Of a DNA stretch of 64,000 nt, positions 26,401-41,300 are shown piece by piece. Numbering within the stretch: the first letter of the stretch is position 1; every line of letters starts with the position of its first letter. This DNA comes from Octopus bimaculoides (Eukaryota). The DNA is taken from NCBI RefSeq assembly GCF_001194135.2, contig NC_068984.1:81971949-82035948 (forward strand). The letters run 5' to 3'. The translations under genes were made by a program, and so were the position numbers. The notes beneath the pieces are model-generated. The model saw only the letters and a list, made by a program, of their open reading frames with translations, did not search any database and was not told the DNA's origin.

Positions 26401-29400
26401 GTTTATGTTCTCCTAATTTAGTGGTTCAGTTAAAAGATCAATAGAATAAGTATCAGGCTTTAAAAATAACTACTGGGGTTGATTTGTTCAACTAAACACT
26501 TGAATGTGGTACCCCAGCATGGCCACAGTTCAATGACTGAAACAAATAAAAGATCAAGAAGTCATTAAAAGATCATCGTTTAACGTCCGCTTTCCATGCT
26601 AGCATGGGTTGAACGATTTGACTGAGGACTGGTGAAACCAGATGGCTACACCAGACTGAGGAAAAAAGAGAAGGAAAAACGATCCAAAAAGAACTAAATA
26701 CCATTTTTTCATACATATTTTAAACTTTCTGCACAGTTATTTCACTTAGTCAACTCTTATACTAGTGTAAAGTATTCCCTCCTCTCTTATTACAAATTTT
26801 GTTAACTTTCATAGTATCATCAAGGATGTTTCTTACTGGACATCTTTGACCAAATTTAATGTAATTTACTTTAATCATTGCACTTGTGTGTGTGTGTGTA
26901 TGCACTTGTGCTTGCGTGTGTGTGTGTGTGTGTTTATGAAATAAATATTTGTCCTTGAAAATGTTTTAAATGCTGTTTTTAAGAACCTGATATTTTCATA
27001 GGATGGGAAGTGAGAGGTTTATGTTCATACCTTTTCCAGGATCATTACTGCTATTATTGAAATAAAATGTCTCTTGACTGTAAATTTAACTAAGTAGGGG
27101 CTTACCTCCTTTCTATGGTACTCCCATGGTGTAGCAAGAGTCACCACAAAAATAATCACTTCTAAATTAGGCACAATTTTGAGGGAAGTCGTTAACCCTA
27201 GTAATTCATTCTATTAACTCTGAAAGCAAAGCTGATATTGACAAGATTTCACCTCTAAACTTTTAACCCTTTCGCATCCAAATTGCTCTGTCAAATGTTG
27301 TTGTTGGTACTCCATCGCTCACGACGTCGAGGGTTCCAGTTGATCCGATCAACATAACAGCCTGCTCGTGAAATTAACGTGCAAGTGGCTGAGCACTCCA
27401 CACACACGTGTACCCTTAACGTAGTTCTCGGGAATATTCAGCATGACACAGTGTGACAAGGCTGACCCTTTGAAATACAGGTACAACAGAAACAGGAAGT
27501 AAGAGTGAGAGAAAGTTGTGGTGAAAGAGTACAGCAGGGTTTGCCACCATCCCCTGCTGGAGCCTCGTGGAGTTTTAGGTGTTTGCGCTCAATAAACACT
27601 CACAATGCCCGATCTGGGAATCAAAACCGCGATCCTATGACCGCAAGTCCACTGCCCTAACCACTGGGCCATTGCGCCTCCACACTCTGTCAACTGTAAA
27701 GCCTATTTATTCACACTGTTTGTATTCATCATGCATTATCTTAGATTCAAGTCTCTGATGATGCAATTATTTATTTGTTGAGTGATGCTGTAGGATAGGT
27801 GTGAGAAGCTGGATCTGGCTGGTTTGGACATAAAATGGGTAGAATATTTTGGCCAGATATGGCTAGTTTAAATGCTAATGGGTTAGGGCTAGAATAAAAT
27901 CATATTTTTAAAATGAGAGAAAACAGAAACTGCAATTCTGCATAAAGTTCTGATAATTATGCATCATTTATTGAACAGAGAATTTAGTCCTTAATTATAT
28001 TTGTTAATAGACTAAAGTATATAGATGTAGGCATGACTGTGTGGTTAAAAGGCTTACTTCCCAACCATGTGGTCTTGGGTTCAGTCCCATTGCATAGCAC
28101 CTTGGGCAGATGTCCTCTACTATGGCTCCAGACCAACCAAAGCCTCGTGAGTTGATTTCATAGACAGAAACTGAAGAGAAACCCATCATTCAGTCATTCA
28201 TTTATTTATTCATTCATACATACATACACACACACACACACACATGCACACACACACACATGCACACACACACACACACACACACATCTGGGTATGTATG
28301 TATGTGTGTATCTAGGGCTGTATGTATCTGTGTGTGTCTCTGTTTGTCGTCCACTGCTGCTTGACAACTAGTACTGTTTAGTTTACATCCCTGTAACTTA
28401 GTGATTTAACAAAAGAGACCAATAAAATAAATACCAGACACACAAAATATAAGTACTGGGTTCAATTTGTTTGACTAAACCCATGAAGGTGGTGCCTCAG
28501 CATGACCACATTAAGATACACACTTTTTGCATATCTATTTTTGTAAAATTTTCTGCACAAATTGCACCCAAAATATTTCTATTTGCTCTTAAATGCACCG
28601 TGAGCCAAAAAAAGTTGAGGACATCAAGAGTAATAAGATCTTTATAAGACACATGTCACCTCCACCTTACCTAATGTAACAGAGAATTTGTAATGTCTAT
28701 TATTTTACTTCAGTTTATTGGTTTTTTACCTTAAATAATCCCGATAAGATGGAAATCAAATGAAACCACAGTTAAATTTGAACTCAGATCCATGAGGTAG
28801 CAAACTAAATGTTGCAAATACACTCCACACTCTGCACTACCCACAGTGACACTTATGACATTTCGTCAAAGGAACTTCTATGCAGTCACTTGATCTGCTA
28901 GAAATAGCGAGCTGGCAGAAACGTTAGCACGCCGGTCGAATTGCTTAGCGGTATTTCGTCTGCCGTTACGTTCTGAGTTCAAATTCCGTCGAGGTCGACT
29001 TTGCCTTTCATCCTTTCGGGGGTCAATTAAATAAGTACCAGTTATGCACTGGGGTCGATCTAATCGACTTAACGTGTTTGTCTGTCCTTGTCTGTCCCCT
29101 CTGTGTGTAGCCCCTTGTGGGCAGTAAAGAAATAAGAAATAGCAACCAAAACTCTCTGAAATCATATCCCACGATTTTAAAAAGAAAGAGTACATTGAAC
29201 ACAGTTGTACCTGATGTACAAAGGATGCAGTGGTCATGGTTGAAACACCTGTGATCATAGGTATGCTTAATCAATGTTGACTGGGGCCGAACAACAACCA
29301 TATTCATGATATTCAGCAATTAATAACTGAATGATTAACCTGTTTTAAGTTTTCATTATAAAATATTGTTTTGTATTTCAGTCTACGTAAAAACCATGCA

Positions 29401-32400
29401 TCCTCTTTGGGTTTTGTATCTACTTGGTTTACAGACCATTCAACAAATCCTTCCTTACTGATACCATTGATCAACAATATAGATTTCTGTAAGGGTTACC
29501 TAAATAGCTGTGTAGACCTTTGTACAAAGGAACTTCAGGTAAGTTATTTTAAAGTTATTATTTGTTTTCTTGGATCGCTGAGTTATAAATAGATAGCATG
29601 ACTAGTTAGGCACAACACATTGTCTAAGGTAGTAGGAGCATAGTAAATTTGGTAAGTGTTTGTTAGCACTCAATCTTGAATATAAGTCCTCTCCTAGTTG
29701 TGGGGGAAGGTTGTGAGAAAGACTACTGCAATGTATACTTGCCTGGAGGATCTCAGGTCCTAAAATCAACAGGGACCCTAGGAATTCAATCTCCCAAGTG
29801 ATATTTTCAGTATAATTTAAACAAAAACTTACGGCCTACTTAACCCATAAACTGCTGGGATTTTTCTGTATGTAACACGAACTGCTGAGCCTATTTTGGG
29901 TAAAGATCAACATCGATCTATCACTCGAAAAAAATACTCAGTGTTTCTTAACACCTTCTGTGATTAGCTACACTGTTTCTGGGGTGAAAGGGTATCATGT
30001 GCATACATTATACGTCATCAAAATTAGGTCAGATCATGCCCTACTTCCGTGGCAACGAACGTGGCCTGTCGCACTGTCGCGTTGGCCTCTGAGGTGGCCT
30101 ATCGCAGTTAATGGGTTAAAGGAGGAAAGGTAGTGCTCATAGTCTTTTCAGGGCCTCTAAGATTATTGGGAGGAAGGGAAGAAAGAAGGAAGTTATCTTC
30201 AGACTGTGGTTAGGGTTTATGACCTAAATACTTACAACAGAATGGACTTTGCTACATGGGAACATGAACCGTGTGGTAGTACTAAAATGGGTGATGGATT
30301 GAGCCCCTCATTTAAAATATTAAAGAAACAAATATAGTAATTTTCACTATTTCCATTTTATAGGAAGAAATGTTCTGTTCTGTTAACCTCAGTTGTATTA
30401 TTAACTCATTGTTTGAAATCTTTTTTCATTCTTTGCAGGAGGAGCGTCATTTCAGTGAACGTGCTTCCCTAATATACCTACGAAGCATGTTTCTCCTGGC
30501 CTGCTCTAAACATATGTTAGCATTTGCAGATCTGGTTAACCTTCACAGAACAGCAAAAACTATCAACATACCGTCAAAGTTAGTACTTTACTTACTTAAT
30601 TTTTCTCTCTCTCTCTCTCTCTCTCCCTCTCTCTCTCTCCTCCTCTCTCTCTCCCTCTCTCTCACACACACACACACACATCAGATATGCACATCCAAGC
30701 ATACACACACATAGATACTCCCTCCAACCATTGATTTAATGTTACTCAGGTTCCTTCAAACAGCATCCAGACTACAAGACACTACCAGCTTCCTAACTAA
30801 TTGTGCAGGCAACTATTAATTAAGCAAGTAATTAATTAATTAAGCAAGCAACTAATTGATTTATTAAGCAGCTAATTAATTGAGCAAGCAAGAACTAATT
30901 AGTTAACTAATTCATTAAGCAAGCAAACAACAGATTAATTAAACAATCAACTAATTAACTAATGAATTAACCAAGCAAACAATTAATTAATGTACTAATT
31001 AATTAAGCAAGCAAGCAACTAATTCATTAACTAATTAAGCAAGCAACTAATTAATCAATTCATTAATTAAGCAAGCTAGCAACTAATTAAATAATTAAGC
31101 AAGCAAGCTACTAATTAATTAATTAAGAAAGAAAGCAACTAATTAACTAACGGATTAAGCAAGCAAATAATTAACTAATTAAGCAAGCAACTGATTAATT
31201 AAACATTTAATTAAGTGAGCTACATCATCATCATCATCATCATCATCATCGTTTAACGTCCGCTTTCCATGCTAGCATGGGTTGGACGATTTGACTGAGG
31301 ACTGGTGAACCAGATGGCTACACCAGGCTCCAATCTGATTTGGCAGAGTTTCTACAGCTGGATGCCCTTCCTAACGCCAACCACTCCAAGAGTGTAGTAA
31401 GTGCTTTTACGTGCCACCGGCACGAAGGCCAGTCAGGCAGTACTGGCAACGGCCACGCTCAAAATGGTGTATTTTACGTGCCACCTGCACAGGAGCCAGT
31501 CTAGCGGCACTGGCAACAGGTCTTCGCAAGCGGAGTTTAGTGTCCAATGAAGGAAGGTATGCATAAGTGAGCTGGCTACACCCCTGCCAGAGGCCTTGGA
31601 TTTAGGTCTCACTTGGCTTGTCGAGTATTCTCACGCACAGCATATTTCCAAAGGTCTCGGTCAGAAGTCATTGCCCCAGTAAGGCCCAATGTTCGAAGGT
31701 CGTGCCTCACCACCTCATCCCAGGTCTTCCTGGGCCTACCTCTTCCACAGGTTCCCTCAAGGTTCACCATTCTGCAGATAATTGTACACTTATTTTCCAA
31801 AAATCGATTTGAAGTTGGGGCGAGTTGGTTGTGTATTGGCTCCTATTTCTAGCAGTCCATGTACTGTCTATTTCACCACAGTGTCTATATCTTATTTCTA
31901 TCCTTATAAGAAGCAAAGTTTGTCTGTACATTTACTGCTGAAAACACTAAATAAAACTGATAATATTTCAGGTTTTTTGTATCATTTAAATTAATTTGAC
32001 CATTACACAGATAACTATGCACTTATTTTCTGAAAATAGATTGGGAGTGCTGAGATAGTGGTGTATTGGTTCCTATTTCTAGCAATCCATGCACTGTCTA
32101 TTTCACTGTAATATCTATATAACCTTATAAAAAGCAAAGTTTGTTTCTATGTTGACCACTGAAAACACTAAATCGAATTCATAATATTTCAGGTTTTTTG
32201 TATCATATAAATTAATTTGACTGTTCCACAGATAATTGTGCACTTATTTTCTGAAAATGGAATGGGGGGGGGCAAGTTGATGGTGTATTGGCTCTTATTT
32301 CTAGCAATCCATGTACTGTCTATTTCACCATAATGCTTTTTACACAGGGAAAAAATACTCCACTTACCACTCAATCCACTTCTACATTTCTCTAAGTTTA

Positions 32401-35400
32401 TATATTACATTTATTCCTTTGAAGTCACCGCCACACCTCTGCCTTCTCTCTGTCTATATGCCCCTCCTTATGTCTCTATCTCTCTCACTACCTTCCTCTC
32501 TTTCTCTGGTTGTATGTCTCTCTCTCTCTCTCACTACCTCTACCTCCTTTTCTCTCTAGAGAGAAAACACATGAGAGACAGACAGAGAAAGGAGATATGG
32601 AGAAAAGACAAGTGAGATGCTGGACCTCTGTCCCTCTCTATGTCTCTATTTCTCTCACTATCCCCCCCTCTCTCTGGTTGTATATGTGTCACTCTCTCAT
32701 TACCTCTACTTCTTTTTCTCTCTTGAGAAAAATACATGAGACAGATAGAAAGGGGGTTAGAGAGAAAAATAAGTGAGACAGAGGGAGGATGAAGGTAGTC
32801 ACATCTATAAATCTATCAACAAAGTTGTCAATGAGGATGAGGCTGTTCATTATCCTGTTGAATTCCTCAACAGTCTGGAACCGTCCAGCACACTACCACA
32901 TATCCTTGAATTGAAGAAGGGGGCTGTCATCACGCTTCTCAGAAACCTGGATCAGCCAAGATTGTGCAATGGTACACGTATAGCTGTCATTGAACTACAG
33001 CCTCACATTATCGAAGCAAAAATCCTCACTGGATGTAGTAATGGAGACATTGTATCTATACCCAGAACATCACTAATACCAACAATTGCAATTCTCAGTG
33101 AAAGTCGGTTACACATTGACCATTAACAAGTCCAAAGATCAAACACTACAGGTTGTCAGTCTCCATCTAGAAGAGAGCTGTTTCTTACATGGTTAGTTGT
33201 ATGTAGGTTGTTCCAGAGCAGGAAGCCCACAGAAAATCTTCATATATTGTATATACTGAAGGTCTGTAAATGTTTTATAATTTTCATACAATACACTTCT
33301 CTATTATTATCTGTATTACTTTCTGTATTTAGATATTCTAAATAAATTTGTAAAATTATGTTCTGAAATATTTAAATGCTTTTTAACAACTTTTATTGTA
33401 AGGAAAATGGGCGTTACGATAGATGCCAATATGTGCCTTATGAATACATTTCAACACCATACAAACTGGGCCAAAGGCCGGGAGGCCTGCTAGTATACAT
33501 ATATTTTAAAATATAGTTATACAAGTGAGTAATAATTATCATCAAAGTCCATTGGAATAATTAGCAGGAGGGAATGCTGTTGTTGTTTATCCTCCCCTCC
33601 TCTCCAAATTCAGGAGACATATGATTGAAGCATTCCAGCCATGGCTATCCTGTCTTAGTATGTTGGGCTACATTATCCAATGGCTATCTAGTTTTAGTAT
33701 GTAGGGCTACATTATCCAGTGCTTCCTATCTTTTCCCTAGAGAGTAGGTTGTAAGTTGAGGGTGATTTGGCTTCTATTTCTAATCACTCAAATGACCATA
33801 CAGAGGATCCCATGCTGTTGTTGCTGCTACTGCTACTATCATTACTGTAGGATAATCTAAGTCATCTCTGAGCAAGCATGTAAGACAGAAATTGTAGCAT
33901 TTAATCAGTGTTATTAGCTATGGCCATCTCACCTTCATTGCAGAAGAAGTTGTGAAATTTAAGACTTTATTTGACCTATTTTATAGCTGTTAAGAATTTG
34001 ATAAATATTAGGTGTCTATTAACAGCAGGTCATGTAACTATTCAAAAGGTCGTGCTCTGATTCATATAATTTAGTGTGAGAATGAGGACCCTCTGGCAAA
34101 GGTATGTTTGTCTGGTAAGAAGTTTGCTTCACAACTCCATGGTTCTGAGTTCAGTCCCACTATGTAGCAGTGCATAGCACCTTAGGCAAGTGTTTTCAAC
34201 TACAGCCCTGGGTTGACCAAAGCCTTGTGAGTGTATTTGCTAGACAGAAACTGAAAGGAATCTGTCATATACATATTGGGTGTGTCAGTTTTTTTTTAAG
34301 GTCATTAGTATGAATTTAGAAAAAGGTGCAAACCTCATCAAAGAAAAGTTGTATTTGGAAACAAATGGTACAAATAATCTTGAGAATTTTTTTGTCACAC
34401 CTATTCAATAAATACACCATCTGCATCAGTGGCTGCTTCACTACTGGGTTGGAAGTATTGACATGCCCAAATCAGATGATCTTTATCAATTTTGAATATA
34501 GTGCTGGTTGTAGCAGACTTGAGAGACTGTATGGTGTTGCGGGGATATTGATTGATCTCTCTCTCAACTATGCCTCATATGTAACAGGCCAGTGGATTGA
34601 GATCTGGTGAGCTAAGAAGTCATGTGCCTGGGATGTCCTAGTCTTATGAGATGGTGCAGAGTCTTGTTGGAAGACATACAGTCTTTTGTTGCATACTCAG
34701 TCTATCTAGGGCCTCACAACTTTCTCCAACACCTCTATGTAGAGCACAGGTTCCCAACTAGTGTGTCACAGAACTCTGGTGTGCCGCGAAATATACCTAC
34801 ATATGTGGTATCATGATTGATCATTTAGAGCCAAAAATACATTTTGATACTATTTTAACAATAAATATTATTGTCATCTTATATTTTGTATTGTTGTCAA
34901 TTACATATTTGTATTGTCATCTATTTTATGTTTATTATATCAACATTGGTGACATAAAGAAATTTTTTTATTATCAATCCCAAGGACATAGTTTTCTAAC
35001 ACAGATATTATTATCCAAGGAAAGGTTTTGTTATACTGACACTGAATCAAGAAGCAACTGTCATATTAGATTTTCTAATAGGGGTGCTATGGATTTCTGA
35101 AAGGCTTGACAAGGGTGCCTCGAGGCAGAAAAGATTGGGATACTGTGGTGTTGAAAGTGAATTGACTCTTGAGACCTGTAAAAAAAGTAAGGAGGCATGA
35201 CATCTTCCTCGTTGTTGATATCTCCCAGAATCATCACAGTTGCTGGGAACTTACTGTGCATGACTGTTAGAACCTCATTCAGATCTCTGCATATCCATCT
35301 GTCATTCTTTCAGTTTATATATTAACCCTGATCTAAGTTTTTCTCATTGAAGAAAAACCAAAGCATTTCAGCATTGTGGTATTTTAACTTGTTTAGCAAG

Positions 35401-36813
35401 CACTTTGCATGGACTGAATAATTCTCTCTAGTCACAATTTGACATAAACTGACCCCTCTGCATCACATACAACTTGTACCATATGCCCTTGTGAACAATT
35501 CTTATGATGGTGCATTTTGAAACCTTGAGGTCCTTTACAATGGTTCTGATTGACTTTCCAGGGTTTTTAACCAATTATTTCTTGAACTTCTTGGACAAAG
35601 TTATGTGTTCTGATAGTATTAGGAGCAGGTGCATTTGTTTTACATTTAGCTGCTGATGATAGATCCCCATCAACAGCTTCCAGCACCTTTTGAACTTTGA
35701 CAACAAAGGATTAGGTAACTTTTAGGAAGTGAGCTATCTTTGTATCACTATACTATGCTTTGAAGTCATTGTGATCATTATCATTGTTTCAATATCTACT
35801 TTTTTGTGCTTGCATGGGTCAGATAGAATTCATTGAGGCAGATTTTCTACAGCTGGGTGCCCTTCCTATTGCCAATCTTCATATGTTGCCAAGCAAGGTA
35901 ATATTTCCCCTTGGATAGACAAGGAAGCACATACACACATACACACATACATATGAACACACACATACACACACACACAGCATAAACATGCTTCTTTCAA
36001 TTTCCATCCACTATTTCCCTATAGCCAGACGTGTTCCAACAGAGACTCTGCACAGATGTGTGACCTGGTAAAAATAGCAGCTAAATATCCTTCAACTTAC
36101 TGCCATTTTTTAAAAGACAAAAAGGTATGCTCTGGGTAATATAATCCGAGATAAAACTGCATCTTAAAAGACAGAATGATCTCTGTTGGAATTTTTTTGA
36201 TCATAGATCAAGGCTAACTTGAGGCTAAACAACACAAGCACCAACTTCCAAATATGAATGAGAAAGCAGAAAATACAATTCTTTGCCTAATCCTGTTTGA
36301 TATTTGAGTCCCTTTCCTTTTTTTTTTTTTTTCTTTGAGTGGTTACAAGTTTTATTTGTAGACAAGTATCTTTCTTTATTTTAATTGTTTAATTTCATTT
36401 CTTAGACTCATAAAAGAAGTGTCCAGAAAAATACCACAACACAAGCGCAATGAAGATTACCACCGCTTGCTGAGAGATTATGGAATATCAAATATGGATG
36501 AACCTGATCATCAAAAATCTTATAATTCTAAATCTTTAAATACACTGAAAATACCAAATCATGATATACGTAATATATTTTTCTATTTTCCTTCCTGTAA
36601 TTTTCTACATCAACCCATCTACATATCTGTCTATCTGTTTATCTATACAACCATCTGCCCATCCACCTGTCCATCTATCCATCTCACTAACTGCCCATCC
36701 ATCAATCCATCCATTCGTCCTTCCAATCTGTCCATTCTACCATCCATCTAACTATCAATCGATCATTTTTTCTCTGTACATTTGGTTATTTATGTACCAT
36801 TTTTGCATACTGT

Positions 36814-36847
<34 letters not shown>

Positions 36848-37512
36848 NNNNNNNNNNNNNNNNNNNNNNNNNNNNNNNNNNNNNNNNNNNNNNNNNNNNN
36901 NNNNNNACTGGCAACCATGCCAGTGGAGCGTTAACAGCACCATCCAAGCGGGATCACTGCCAGAGCAGCGATCTCGTTTCCATGCCGGTGGCACGTAAAA
37001 AGCACCCACTACACTCTTGGAGTGGTTGGCGTTAGGAAGGGCATCCAGCTGTAGAAACTCTGCCAGATCAGATTGGAGTCTGGTGTAGCCATCTGGTTCG
37101 CTAGTCCCCTGTCAAATCGTCCAACCCATGCTAGCATGGAAAGCGGATGTTAAATGATGATGATGATATATATATATATATATATCAAAACAGGAGATTG
37201 GAAGCAAGTTTTGGTATTATTATTCACTATTACATGTGTTTCATTTGCTAATAGGAGTTACAAATGTAGGAAAAACATGTAAGATATCTCTTATAAGAAA
37301 TTCATCAGACAGAAAATCAAATAATACAAAATTTATGCTTGAATAAGGCTATTATATATAGTAAATAATCAGGAATCCTATTCACAGTTAGAGGACAGAG
37401 TAAAGAAAAAAAGTAGTAATATAAATTAGAGAGTTAGAGATGGATGTAATAAACATTGGCACATGCACATTCAAATTTCTAAGTATACGTACATATACAT
37501 ACACACACAGGC

Positions 37513-37550
<38 letters not shown>

Positions 37551-38271
37551 CACATACAAACACATATATTACACATACCCACAATTACATACATACTCTT
37601 GCATGCATTCATATATATATATATATATAAATATAATGTGTGACAATTATTTGGTAGCCATGATAAAACTCTGAGTTATGGATGTTGGGGCGGAAACCTG
37701 CACCGGTATCTCTTCAGTTATCGGGCCATCAAAAAATCCTATGAAAATGACCATTAAACAAAGGGAAATTACTATGTGATTGACTGTTGTTAAGACAAAA
37801 GAGCTATTAGAATGACCACTAAATAAGGGGAGGGAGTAAAAGATAAAGGAGTAAAAATGCTCATAGCAATCATGTAAGCGCACATGTCCATACATACACA
37901 TGTGCGCCCACACACCCACGTACATGTGCCTAGATGCATATGCTCATCCACAGTCACGCAATTGCTATGAGCATTTTTACTCCTTTACCTTTTACTCCCT
38001 CCCCTTATTTAGCGGTCATTCTAATAGCTCTTTTGTCTTAATAATGGTCAGTCACGTAATAATTTCCCTTTGTTTAATGGTCATTTTCATAGCATTTTTT
38101 GATGGCCCGAAAACTGAAGAGATACCGGTGCAGGTTTCCGCCCTGACATCCGAAACTCAGAGTTTTACCATGGCTACCAAATAATTGTCACATATTATAT
38201 TTACAAATAAGTTCCTCTATTTACATAATATCGAGGTCTCTTTCATTCTTTTGTTGTCTTACCATTACTAT

Positions 38272-38308
<37 letters not shown>

Positions 38309-41300
38309 NNNNNNNNNNNNNNNNNNNNNNNNNNNNNNNNNNNNNNNNNNNNNNNNNNNNNNNNNNNNNNNNNNNNNNNNNNNNNNNNNNNNNNNNNNNN
38401 NNNNNNNNNNNNNNNNNNNNNNNNNNNNNNNNNNNNNNNNNNNNNNNNNNNNNNNNNNNNNNNNNNNNNNNNNNNNNNNNNNNNNAAGTTAATCTCAGTA
38501 CTTGATTAGTTCATAAGTTAATCTCAGTACTTGATTAGTATTTCTTTTATCGACCCTATGGACACAGAAATGTTGAAAAACTGGCAAAGTTATTAAAGTG
38601 AGAGAGTTCAAATCATACTGAGGTCATCTTTGCCTTTCAGCCTTGTGGGGTTCATAAAATATATAAATATCAGTCACATGTTAGGCTCAATTAAATTGTT
38701 TAGAACTTACTCCAACCTTTTCATTTCTTTTTTTTTTTTTTTTTTTTTTTCCCTTTTTGTAAAGTTTCTATGCTTCTTTACTTTTATGTGTATATTTGTT
38801 TTGGCAGAATTAGGAGAATTCCTGCAACTGCTACATATCTTAGATGTATGTCATTGCTATAATATGAAGAAGAACTTGTTCACTGTACTCTCCAAACTTG
38901 AAAAACAGACTTGTAAGTTGAATTAATGTTCCATTTCTTATTTCTAACCATCTTTGTTTGTGTGTATTGTGTGTATATGTCTATACATACATGTTTATAT
39001 TTATTGTGATTCATCTTCAATATCTTTTGTCAGTTGTAAGCCCCAAATCTTTGTCCCTTTTCCTGGAATCCTGGCAGAAGAACCAGGAACACTTCTCCCA
39101 CTTACCAGCCATCAAAAAAGAGCTGACCTTTATCGAATGGATTATAGCAGTGTCATCTCTCATTTTGACCAGTAATGGAATGGGATATTTAGTACTTACC
39201 AACCGAAGGTATGTGAGCTTCTTATAAGCCTTATTTTTGTTATTATTGTCACTGTTGTTTGTTTTTGTTGTTAACCAGCAATGATCACATGTAATTGAAC
39301 AGATAATGTTGTTGTTGTTGTTCTTTAACCCTGGGTTATCTCTCATTATATAAACCTATTATATTATATTATATAAACCTATTATCAAAATGTTCCAGTT
39401 GTGACCACCTTTACTTTTATTTAGACATAGTGTATCCTTGGCACCTTTTTTTTTAAGATAATGGGGTATGATTTTTAGTAAGCACCCAATCTTCTCACAG
39501 TTGCAACCTTACTGATTATTATCCTTATTGGTTGCTTAATTGATTTAATTTTCACATTGTATAAATCAAGTAATATTTTTGATTATTGACAGCAGAATCC
39601 CTTTGGGACATCAGCTTGTTATGCTAAACATTTAATATAGAAAGATGCAACATTATTATAATGATCTTAATTCTTCATTACACATCAATTAACTTGGGTA
39701 ATAGAGATAACTAATTTGCTTCTGATCATACCATCCCAAATATGGCAACACACTTGACTGAAAAGCGATGGTTACATTGAGTTTTTATGTATAGTATGCA
39801 TCCTTATATTTAAGTTTAAAACTCTGTAAAAATGATATATACTATTCACAAATAAGCACGTTATGTCTGAAAATAAGAATAAGTCAGTTTGATCAGAGTA
39901 TATTTAGGGTTAAACATCCACAACCGCAAGTCTTTGCTATTGTTTATATTATGTATTTACATGCATATGTTAAATTAATAAATCTATTACCATAATTGCA
40001 GGTTATTATTCATTAAACTTGGTTCCAAGAAACCACTGGTGGTCCTCCGTATTCAATTAATTGATAGTATTGAGAAAAAATCTAAACAGTCAGCTTTTAC
40101 TCAAATTGATGGTTTGGTTATTCATTATGCCGGTAAATACAATTGTGTTCTATAAATATTCATGTTTAAGTTTTGTTGAGTTTTGACTCATGATTGTTAA
40201 GTTTTCACTCATGATTGCAATGTGAAATGAAGAGCCTTCAGCAAGGCACTTCATTTCACATTGCTCCAGTTTCTTCACCTGTAATGAGTACCAGCAGGAT
40301 GACACATCCAGCCATGAGGAAATATTACCTTGCTTAGAAACAGATGAGTACTAATAACAAAAGTGACATCCATCCAGCTGTAGTAAATCTGCCTTAATGA
40401 ATTCTGGTCTGACTAGCACAAGCATGAACGTTAAAATGATGATGATATCCATTATCTATCTAGCCAGCTAGCTATTTATATATATAAGGGTACTCTTAAA
40501 TGGGCCGATTATGCTGCACAGACATAGGCCACAGTTACAGTCTCACTTGGCTTGCTGGGTCTTCTCAAGTACAGCATATCTCCAAAGGTCTCGGTCACTT
40601 GTCATCGCCTTTGTAAGGCCCACCGTTCGAAGGTTGTGCTTCACCACCTCATCCCAGGTCATCCTGGGTCTAACTCTTCCACAGGTTCCCTCTACTGCTA
40701 GGGTGTGACGGCNNNNNNNNNNNNNNNNNNNNNNNNNNNNNNNNNNNNNNNNNNNNNNNNNNNNNNNNNNNNNNNNNNNNNNNNNNNNNNNNNNNNNNNN
40801 NNNNNNNNNNNNNNNNNNNNNNNNNNNNNNNNNNNNNNNNNNNNNNNNNNNNNNNNNNNNNNNNNNNNNNNNNNNNNNNNNNNNNNNNNNNNNNNNNNNN
40901 NNNNNNNNNNNNNNNNNNNNNNNNNNNNNNNNNNNNNNNNNNNNNNNNNNNNNNNNNNNNNNNNNNNNNNNNNNNNNNNNNNNNNNNNNNNNNNNNNNNN
41001 NNNNNNNNNNNNNNNNNNNNNNNNNNNNNNNNNNNNNNNNNNNNNNNNNNNNNNNNNNNNNNNNNNNNNNNNNNNNNNNNNNNNNNNNNNNNNNNNNNNN
41101 NNNNNNNNNNNNNNNNNNNNNNNNNNNNNNNNNNNNNNNNNNNNNNNNNNNNNNNNNNNNNNNNNNNNNNNNNNNNNNNNNNNNNNNNNNNNNNNNNNNN
41201 NNNNNNNNNNNNNCGACTTTCTCCGAAACACCACCGTGTGGGGAACACTTCTCAAAAATAACCTGCAGTTGTTTCATTCAAAATTCCTACATGCTCGAAA

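Noticed and set aside
30794-31220. Repeat array considered as CRISPR-like
   Set aside because: No unique spacers, no constant repeat length, eukaryotic context.
38486-38545. 29-bp tandem duplication next to a gap
   Set aside because: It lies at a contig edge, so an assembly artifact cannot be excluded, and it carries little information.
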